A stretch of DNA of 64,000 bases, from assembly GCA_039621445.1 (NCBI GenBank), contig CP154954.1, positions 14,178,387-14,242,386 on the forward strand. The letters are read 5' to 3'. The first letter of the stretch is position 1, and each line of letters opens with the position of its first letter. Positions 1 to 10,000 of this stretch are shown piece by piece. The notes below the pieces were generated by a model that was given only the letters and a program-made list of their open reading frames with translations, was not told the DNA's origin and did not search any database. The translations under genes were made by a program, and so were the position numbers. Source of the DNA: Euglena gracilis (taxonomy: Eukaryota).

Positions 1-1
1 G

Positions 2-1695
2 ATGCTGCGGGGTACGCCGATGATCGCCGTGGGTGCGGACATCGACCTGCGGGACCTCCATGGGCGACTGTCGATGATGATGGGCAGCGAGCGGAAGATC
101 TTCCGCAAGGACATCCTGCTGTGCATCCCGCCGCCAACGCCGGACCCGGACTGGCAGTGGGCTCGACGAACTTTGGCGGTGTTCACGACGGAGATCAAGC
201 ATATGAAGGTAATTTTTGTGTTTCTGTTGTATTGAAGCGGAAAAGCGCTTCGCAGTTTCAAAGGTCTTTTATACATCTGTTTCTTGGTTCATGCATATGA
301 CAAATGCGAATGAGATTCACGGTCCGTATCGTTTGTGTTCCCCTCACGTAGGACCCCGTCCAGATCTCCCTGCAGGGGATGCACCAGGGCCCGGGTCGCA
401 CTTTCTTTGTCGTTTTACTGGTGCTGTTGCATACAATTATTTAATCCAATGAATTTGAATATGTCCTGATTCGGTAGACCAAATTACGCTTAGTGTGTGT
501 TGCTTTACAATGCTCATTGTGACTGTGAGTTGCTAATTCATGTTCTCGAGTGTGTCCCGGTGCACCCGACGTTGCCCACCTCGTTCCCGTGGAGGTCGTC
601 TGGTGGTTCCTGCGGCGGCTGGACGTGGCCACCGCGGACTGGGTGATGGTGATCAGCTCCCGGGCGGTGCTGACCGCCCAGCTGGCGGTGCGGGCGGGCA
701 GCGCCATCAACTTGCTGTGGGGCGTGCCGACCCTGCAGGCGGGAGACGCGGAGGCGCAGCAGCGCCTCCAGTGCCTGGACGACGTCGGCCGGGAAGTGAG
801 GGTGGCCGACGGACTGCCCCCTGTGGTCTGGGATCAGGGTCGTCAATGCTGTCATATGATGTCTTCTAACCAGAAATGGTTTCTGTCGTTTCAGTACTCC
901 TTCATTCAGGATATCTTTCCATTACATCTTGTCCATATTTTTTTAAAACTATCAGAAAGGAAGCGTAAAACCGCTTCAAATCAATACTTCATTTTTTTAC
1001 TAGTGTTTTCTTGTCTCCAGTTCAAACTATCTCTGTGTACATATTGATTGCCCTGCTGACAAGGACGTCCACAGCAGGATCATCCGCCACCTGGCTCTGA
1101 ACGTCTCCGGCTTCATCCCTGAGGCGACGGAGACGGCCGCCCCAGCGCCCACGCAGGGGGAGCCCCCGGCCAAGCAGGGCGGCCAGGACCCGAAGGAGGC
1201 CAAGTCCAAGGAGACCAAGGAGTCCCAGGACAAGCCGAAGGAGAAGGAGACCAAGGACAAGCCGGACAAGAAGACCAAGGACACGCCTAAGAAGGGCGCC
1301 CGGGGGAAGCAGTCCGCCTCCTCGCAGCAGCCGGCCCGGCACTCCTACGAGTCGTCCCCGGAACCGCCTGAGCGCCCGACACACAGGGAGCGGCCTAATG
1401 GTGGATTGTCTGTGATGTCTGTTTCCTTATGTCATGTTTCCATTTTGGCAGTAATCTGACAATTCTGTTTGATGAAGCGTTTTTCCGCTTCCTTGTGGCT
1501 GAATCATAGTAATTTTTCTGAGACTGGAAATGCGTTCCTGTTCGACTGCTAATTGGTTCCACTTCGATGCAACACAATGGCATCTAATCAAAACCGATAT
1601 CTGTGTTCCACGCCTCCCATTTGCGCCGCTCCCTGTTGCCGAGGAAGCGGTCCGCCCTGGAGAACATCGAGGAGATGCTGGTGGACGACGAGTGA
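2..1695 (+). CDS. 3' part of a multi-exon gene, unknown protein with a Lys/Glu/Asp-rich tail; join(<2..208,352..~394,~551..831,1061..1380,1641..1695)
   Basis: GC-rich exons separated by AT-rich introns. The frame is continuous across all junctions: ...EIKHMK|DPVQISLQGMHQG..|..VEVVWWFLRRL...PPVVW|KDVHSRII...PERPT|RKRSALENIEEMLVDDE* (TGA 1693-1695). Intron 2 borders are ambiguous by a few codons. Confidence 0.8.
209..351 (+). other. Conventional GT-AG intron
   Basis: AAG|GTAATT ... CACGTAG|GAC, phase 0, frame preserved. Confidence 0.7.
832..1060 (+). other. Euglenid non-conventional intron
   Basis: TGG|GATCAGGGtcgTCAAT ... ATTGAttgCCCTGctgac|AAG. CAG at +4..+6, CTG at -8..-6, ends complementary, frame restored. 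Confidence 0.85.
1381..1640 (+). other. Euglenid non-conventional intron
   Basis: AC|ACACAGGGAGCGGC ... GCCGCTCCCTGttgcc|G. Perfect 11-bp stem from +4/-6, Y|R at both junctions, frame leads to the stop at 1693. Confidence 0.92.
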
Positions 1696-2254
1696 GCGGG
1701 CGGCTGCGGCAGCCGCCGTGGCAGCGGGCGGTTGGTGCCGCCAGCGAGGGAGGGACAAGCGAGACCCATACCCGGAACCCGACCAGACCCATACCCACAC
1801 CCAGACCATGTCCCCAACCATGCGCACACCTTCGCACTTCGCTGCACCACACCCACCCATTTCGCCGTGTCTTTCATTTGTGTTTGTCTTTGGCATGGCT
1901 GCGGAACTGGGGGCTGTGGGGTTTGTTCCACTTGTGACCTTTGTTTTGAGAATCAAAATTACACACCCACAACTTCCTCGGCTCATGGTGCTTTCCTTTC
2001 GGGATACAATGCATCTTCTCGGTACTGTTTGATGCGGGATTCACGTTTGTTGCGTAGTTCCAGTTTGGTAAAGGCCATTACATTCATTTGGCTCTGTGAT
2101 GTTGGTAATATGCTCAGTTCGGAACCAATACAATACATTTTGAATTGCACTAAATTCCTTCTCTTTGATTCGAGGAAGCGGAAAACCGCTTCATCATTTT
2201 CCTGTTTGTTTTTTGCAGGTTTTCCCTCCGACCCCCTTACGATGGCCCAGTACC

Positions 2255-2997
2255 CAGGGATTTGTGCTTATCCTTTTTTGGGGGGTCAAATTCTTATCCG
2301 TAGTTATCCGTAGTTATCCGTAGTTATCCGTAGTTATCCTTATTTGCTAAAATACCCTTCCTGGCAGGGGATATCCATCTAGAAATGGCTGCAATTGAAA
2401 GGATGAAGAGAGTTGATCATCATTAACCTCAGGAATGCCTAAAAATTCGTGAAATATGACAATCTAAACAGAAAACGACAAGCATCCAAGGCAGATGGAA
2501 ACGACAATGTCCGGTGTGGGTCTTTTAATATTTCATCCACCATTCTTCACAAGCACCGTTGCAGAACATGCCAACGGCTGCCTGCCGGACGTTAGACGAC
2601 ATCTTCTGTCGGTTTTTAACATCAATGACACCGGCCAAACAGAAAGAAAGCTATCTCTTTATAGGATGCACGCCGCCAAATGGAAAATTGTTGCGAAAAA
2701 AAGCTGAAGAAAAGGGCTGCTTGAAAAACCGTTCAATCAACACTAGAGACAGGAAAACAGACATAAAGAAAAACAGGCTCAGAAAGGGGGGTCACGTTGA
2801 GCCCAGAAAGGCCCAATGTCTCTGCGGCTATGTACAGAACAACGTAGTTATCCGTAGTTATCCTTATTTGGACATTTTGGCTCATCCGTAGTTATCCGTA
2901 GTTACCCGCTTTTATCCGTATTTGGGGGTTTCGGGCTTATCCGTAGTTATCCGCAGTTATCCGTAGTTATCCATTTCAGGATAAGCACAAATCCCTG
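2255..2997. mobile_element. MITE with 20-bp TIR (CAGGGATTTGTGCTTATCCT), 7-bp TSD CAGTACC and TAGTTATCCG subterminal repeats
   Basis: TIRs at 2255-2274 and 2978-2997; CAGTACC at 2248-2254 and 2998-3004. Confidence 0.9.
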
Positions 2998-4034
2998 CAG
3001 TACCTCAAGCGTGGACTTTGATTACAGGTCTGTATTGTTCTGTGTCTTACATTTGTATGCCATTTGTTGTTGCTGTAATGTCTTCTGGGGATTGTACTAG
3101 TTACTACTTTGTGACAATGATTACTGCTGAGTGCGTGCGGTCCATAACACCCGTCTGGAAATGATGAACGATTGTATGTTGGCATTGTTATTCACTGTTT
3201 GAATTGCATCCACCTCCACATGATTTAACACATAATTTTTCTGTTCCTTATTAAAGCGGATTTCCGCTTCCTTTTCGTTTTTAGAAAATTTTATTTACTT
3301 TGCACTGGAATTCCGTTACGTATGCTTCTTCTGGTGTCGATTTTGGTGACCTGTGCATGATTTTGAAGCGGAATGTCAATTTTACCGCTTTCTATACTTT
3401 GTGTTTATTATTTTCCCCCCTTTGCAGGGGGTTTCGCCGTCTTCTGTCTGTGGAGGCAGCCGTCATGAGGTGTGTATTTGCACTTTATTGCTGTCTTTGA
3501 AATTTATGTAGGGTTTTTGTTCATTTAGACTAAATTTCAAAATTTAGGTGGCATTCCAGCTGGTTTTTGGAGATTCTAAAACTTCGTTACGGCAAGCCAA
3601 ACATCCAATCAGAAATGGCCGAAATTGTTACCTCTTCTAAAACCTTCAAAAAAAACAGGCCGTTTTAGGAAGCGTTTTTCCGCTTCCTTTTCCGTTTCGA
3701 GGGGGTTTAAATTTTTGGGCAGTTTATGCCTCCTAAGAAAAATGCGGAATAATGCGGAATAATGCGGACCGCATAATTCCCCCCCCCCCCTGGGAGATAT
3801 CAGCGACAAAAAAAAAAAAAATGCTGCCAGCGGGAATTCGTAGCCAAAATTGGTTCCAAAAAATTGGCGCACAATTGTTTTTGTGGTTTTTTCTGCGGTT
3901 GCCAAATTTTTCCATAAAAATTTTTTCCAAGAAAAAAGAATGGAAAAGGCTCAAATTTACCTTGGATGTCTCCCAAAAAACGTCTGAGTTCTGGTGGACT
4001 CAATTTATCAGGATCAATTTTGTCTATGGCTCTG

Positions 4035-7000
4035 CTAAACATGTGTATCACTTCCAACAAAATTCATCATCATCAGGGCAGAAGGGGAAGGCCTGGCTGG
4101 GGGGGGGGTTGAACACTCCCACCCACCACAGCATTTTTACCAATTTTGGGACATTGGGGATTTTAGCTGGGGAAATTTTTTGAATTTTTAAAAATTAACC
4201 CAAAATGCATGATTTTTTGATGGAAAACGACATTTTTTCACAAAAAATGTCAAAAAATTCAGGTTTAAAAAAAATTGTAGTTTTAGGGGGGGGGGGGGGG
4301 GAAAAAAAACCGAAGGTCAAAAAAATTGGACCAAATTTTGGCACAATCAAATTTTACTGACATTTCTGTCTCTTGGAAATATTTTGGATTCTCGATGGCC
4401 TTCATTGCTTCAAAAACCTCCCAAATCAATGAAATTTTGGAAGGTGTGAAATAATGGGATTTTGGGGGTTTTGAGGGGGGCCTCCTATATGGGTCCCAAA
4501 ATGGGTCCAAAATACACCCAGCGCCGAAGGCGCCGGGAGATCTTTTGCGGCCCAAAAATTGGTCCCACCAGAACAATGGGAAGAGGTGGGGGGTCGACCT
4601 CCCCCACCCACCACCCTGGCTGTTTGGCCGATTCCTGTTCTGCCCTGATCATCATCCAGTTCAGGGGTGAGGAACACCTGAGGCGGAAGCGCTGCAAGTG
4701 CGCGACCGCCTTCGCGGGGGTCAGCCCCCCGAACCGGCACAGGTACGCCGCCAGCAGCATCCCCGTGCGGCCCTCCCCCGCGTGGCAGTGCACCACCGCC
4801 GGGCTGTGGGGCGTGGCCCGCGACCCCGGGTCTCTCCCCCTCACCCCAAACTAATGGTGGTCCCCTTTTTTGCCAGCCAAATCCTTTCGAAAACATCTTG
4901 AGAAAGCATACATTATTTCCAGAAATGCCGGTCTGACGAAATGCACCCCTGGAGGCCCTCTATCATGCAACACAGTCTCATCTGACCCTCAGTCTCAGCC
5001 ATTTTCCTGTAATATACACTGACAGGCTCAGCAGGACGCCAATGACGAATTCTCGAACTGAAAATGAGCTTGTGGATTGCAGATCGATCTTGGGCAAATG
5101 ATGAAAATGGTCTTCAAAGCGCTCAGGGATCGATCCCCAATTTTGGCATTTCCCTTCCAGGACTCCACATTTGGAATTTTGATGCTCGGGGTGCAATACG
5201 TCATGGAGATTTAGGTCAGGGTCAGGGGTTTTTGCCTTATTTGGATAATTTCCCTGAAAACTTGGGATAAACTTTTGCCCTAAATCTACGACACATCTCG
5301 GCCATTTTGAAAACCGTCCAGAAATGGATTGCCGAAGCACTCCGCAGACCTGGGCACAAATGCTTCATAAAGTGGGAGATCACTCCCACCATACCATTGG
5401 TGGCGGGGGGGGGGGGCAGTAGTATGATGCTGCCCACCTGTTTTTAGCGTAGTTGTCTTTGGTCAGAACCGTGGCAAAATGGCAGAGTCAGAAGAGGGGG
5501 GGGGGCAAACCTACCCAGTTTGAAACCCCTTCGCAGGTGAATAACTCGGGCCTGGCGGGGAGTTAGGGGGGGGGGGGTCAAACGGAGGTGATTCAGAAAA
5601 TAGAAATCCAGTCGCTCGCAACTGAAAAAAAATTCTTGGAACCTGAGGTCATAGTGACAACCTACGGTTTTCAGGGTCTACCCAGGGGCGGGGGGCTTCT
5701 ACCCCCTTTTTCCCCGGTGGTAAGCTTCGCCCTTGCTCACAAAGGGATAATAGCTCAGCAACGCCCCCCCCCATTTATAACCCCCCCTTTTTGGCTGACA
5801 AACCAAACCAGATTCCATAAACCCCAGGGGGTTAAAAACTGGGGGGGGGGGCGGGGGTTAAAAACTGGGGGGGGGCAGAATTTTAAGTTGTTACTTTTGT
5901 CCCCAGGCCCTGGGTGTCCTGGCATCGGTGTTCAAAACAGAATTTTTTTTGCAAGGTTGCGCATCGGCGCAATTTTACAGTCACTTTCAAAGCTACGTGT
6001 GTGTTTGGCCGCCTGAGTGAGTTTCGGGAGTCAATTGTTGTGATTTTCAAAAAGAGTGCTGATTTGCGCAAATGCCCTCATCGTCAGATAAAAAAAGCTT
6101 AAATGCATGGCAGCGACCGGGGTGGCCGCCGAGAATTGAGCTTGGCGGTCTTTGATATTTTTCTGCTTTCTTGACTCCATTACTGACGATTCCAAAGGTA
6201 TCAAAAAAAACGACAACAAAGGAGAATTTTTTGGGGGGTTTACCTCCCCACAAGGCCAATTATCACCCTCCATTTGCCGTTTTAGGTGCCGACACGCCTG
6301 GCCCATGTTCCAGCGCGCTTTTGTGGACCAAAACGGCCATTTTAGGGTGTTTTGGGGGCTGTTTTTTTTATATAAAAAAAATCGGTTTTTCCAAAATATC
6401 TCGACAATGAAGCAAAACCAAAGAAAATGTCCGGAGAGCAAAAATGAAGCCCTTGGAATGCCCTATCCAAGCATGGTTTGCCATTCCCCCAACTCTTCGT
6501 GTAGCCCGAGTTACGGCCATTTTTTGGGCACTTTCGGCCCATTTCTGGGGCCATTTTGGGCCACTTTCGGGGTCAAAAATCGATGTTTTCAAAATATCTC
6601 AAAAATTAAGTAAAAATCAACAGAAACGTCCGGAGACCTAAATTGAAACCCTTAAAATGCCCTATCTAACATTATTTTGATTTCCCCACCCAGTCTGAAA
6701 TATGGGCGATTTACGGCAGGCTTGCGGCTCTGGGGTCAAAAATCAATTTTCCTAAAAATTTCTCAAAAATGGTCGGGAATCAAAGGGAATGTCTGGAGGT
6801 CCAAATTGAAGCCCTTGAAATGCCCGATCTAAACCCCCCCCCACTTATAAACCCCCCCGGGGTTGGTAGGATCCGGTTTGGTTGGTCGGCCGAAGGGGGG
6901 GTTTATAAGTGGGGGGGGGGGGTTTATAAGTCCCGAAATTGTTGGTAAAAATCCGAACCCCAAAAATGACCCCGAAACCATCCCAAATGGGCAATTTTTT

Positions 7001-10000
7001 GCAAATTTGGTCAAAAATGGCATTTTTGATGATGGTCGATCTCAAAAAATTGCCAAAAAAAAACAGTTTTTGGGTGCTTTGCGGCCGAAAAAATCGTCCC
7101 TGGCGGCTTTCATTTTTCTTCCCCGAAGGGGGGGGTTTATAAATCCCGGTTTGGTTGGTCGGCACGAGGGGGGGGTTAGTACCCCCCCCTATGTCCAATG
7201 ACCGGTAACCTCTGTCCTCTGACCGGGGGGGGTGGGGTGGTCGTTGGACATGGGGTAGTGACCAAAAAGGTGTCCTCTGACCGGGGGGGGGGTGGTCGTT
7301 GGACATGGGGTCAAAAGAAAGTTGGTGGGTACCCGGGTCCCTACCCACCCAAATACAAAAATATGCCCAAATTTTCCCTTCCGGCGCCTCGCGCCAAAAT
7401 TTTTGGGCAATTTTGACAAATTTTTGTCCAAAAGGTGTCAAAAATGGCATTTTGGCCAAATTTTGGCCAATTTTTGGGCAAAATTTTTCGTCCCGGCGCT
7501 TCACGCCGGGACCAAAAATTTGGTGAAACCTCCGAAAAGGTGTCCTCTGACCGGGGGGGTGGTCATTGGACATAGGGGGGTCGCTGAGCTCTTATCCCTT
7601 TATGGGTAAGAGCGAAGCTTACCAATGGGGGAAAACCCCCCGAACCCCCCCCTCCCCCCCCCTCGGGGCCACCTCGGGAACCGGCGGATTATCACCATGG
7701 TCCCGGCCCCGTTCCCGAAAATTTTTTTTCAGTCATGAGCGACTGGATTCCTAGTTTCCGAATCACCTGGTTTTGACCCCCAACTCCCCGCCAGGCCCCA
7801 GTTATGCACGCGCGAAGGGGTCCAAACTGGGTAGGATTGGCCCGCCCCCCTGGATAAGCCCTCCCCCCCTTTGGACTCTGCCATCTCAGGCCCAAAAATC
7901 GATATTTTCAAAATATCTCAAAAATGAAGCAAAATCAAAGGAAATGTCCAGAGACCTAATTTGAAGCCCTTGGAACGCCCCATCTGCTGGTATTTTGATT
8001 TTCCCGCAACTCCCCGCCTGGCCCGAGATATGCCCGTTTTCGGCCAACGGGCCATTTTGTACACTTTTTCCACTGTCCGAGCCATTTTCGGCCAAAATTC
8101 GGCCAAAAATCAATATTTTCAAAATTTCGAAGCAAAATCAAAGGAAATGTCCGGAAACCTAATTTGAAGCCCTTGGAACACTCCATCTACCGGTATTTTG
8201 ATTTCCCCGCAACTATTCGCGTAGCCCGAGATACGGCCGTTTTTCGGCCGATTTTGGCCATTTTGTACACTTTTCCCACTGGTGGACTTAGCCGTTTTCG
8301 GCCAAAAAAGGCGAAAAATATCGAAAAAAAATTTTTTACCCAAAACCATGCTTCTTGGCCATCATGGGTCATGATCAGGCACCTATGGTCACTTCCCATT
8401 TTGGTGCTCTGGTCGGCCCTGGTCGGCCCTGGTCGGCCCTGGTCGGCCCTGGTCGGCCCTGGTCGGCCCTGGTCGGCAAATAGTCGGCCATAGGTGGGGG
8501 TATCCGTCACAGAAAAAATGTGAAGGGATGCAATGATTTTCTGAATTGTCTCGCCAAGATCAAAAGGAAATGCCCCATAAAGCCTCCATTGGCTCCCCAA
8601 AAGCAACCAAAATGACCTAAAATGGCTTGAAATAACCAAAAATTACCCAAAAACGCCAACAAAATCCACAAAAGATTGTGAAAAATGACTCAAAATTACC
8701 AAAAGGGCGCAAAATGGCCAAAATTCCATAAAAAAATGCTCAGATTGACCCAAATTAGCCCAATATTTGCCCAATCAGTGACAAATAGCCCCCAAATTAG
8801 CAAAAACTGATCCATAATGGCCAAAATGGGTGTAAAACTGGAGATTTGTGAGAAAATTATCCAAAAATGGGTTTAGTTCTTCAAAATATACAAAAAAAAT
8901 GCAAGCATCGCCCAGCATCGCCCAGCAACACCCTGCATCGCCCAGCATCGCCCAGCGTCGGAACCCCACCTCTGGTCTCCAAAAATCCAGCATCACCCAG
9001 CATCGCCCAGCATCGCCCTGCATCGCCCAGCATCACCAGAGGTGCTTGTTCCAGAGGGAAAGCTGCCAAATTCCTTCATCCATTCCCCTTCGGTCGGCCA
9101 ACCACATGCAAGTCGGCCCTGGTCGGCCCTGGTCGGCCCTGGTCGGCCCTGGTCGGCCCTGGTTGGAACCCCCACCTACGGGGGTCCTGAAAACCATAGT
9201 CGGCCCTGGTCGGCCCTGGTCGGCCCTGGTCGGCCCTGGTCGGCCCTGGTTGGCCATAGGTGCCTGGTCATGATGGCCATCATTGGTCCTGATGGCCATC
9301 ATGGGTCATGATGGCCATCATGGGTCATGATGGGCACCATGGGTCATGATGCGCATCATGACCCATGATTGGCATCATGGGTCATGATGCGCATCATGGC
9401 CATCACGGGTCATGATGGCCATGATGGTCGAAAAACGCCCATTTTCGGCTCGAAAACCCCTTCTCCGTTCGGTTCGGGAGGCCCAAAAACATCGTTTTGG
9501 GCAAAAAAAATTCGATTTTTTTTCGACTTTTTTGACCCGAAAATGGCCCGAAGTCAATGGGTTGGCGGTCCAAACCGGGGCGCTGGCGGGTCGAAAAACG
9601 CTCATTTTCGGCCCAAAAACAGTTTTTCCGGGTTCGGGAGGCCCAAAAACATCGTTTTGGGCAAAAAAAATTGTTTGATTTTTTTCGACTTTTTTGACCC
9701 ATGATGCCCATCATTGGTCATGATGGCCATCGTTGGTCATGATGGGCATCACTGGTCATGATGGCCATCATGGGGCATGATGGGCATCATTGGTCACGAT
9801 GGGCATCATGGGGCATGATGGGCATCATTGGTCATGATGGGCATCATTGGTCATGATGGGCATCATGGGTCATGATGGCCCAGAAAAACTGTTTTTCAGC
9901 CAAAAATGAGCGTTTTTCGACCCGCCAGCGCCCCGTTTTGGGCTGTCAACCCACTCACTTCCGGTCATTTTTGGGTCAAAAAAGTCGAAACAATCGAAAA

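Noticed and set aside
3950-4060. Protein-like frame LEVIHMFSRAIDKIDPDKLSPPELRRFLGDIQ as the phosphatase C-terminus
   Set aside because: It is out of frame with the P-loop exon after MITE removal and no convincing acceptor was found; it remains possible if an unseen junction exists.
4616-4621. Apparent intron donor C|agcCAGGG after ESAK
   Set aside because: It lies inside the MITE 4074-4647 and no pairing partner was found.
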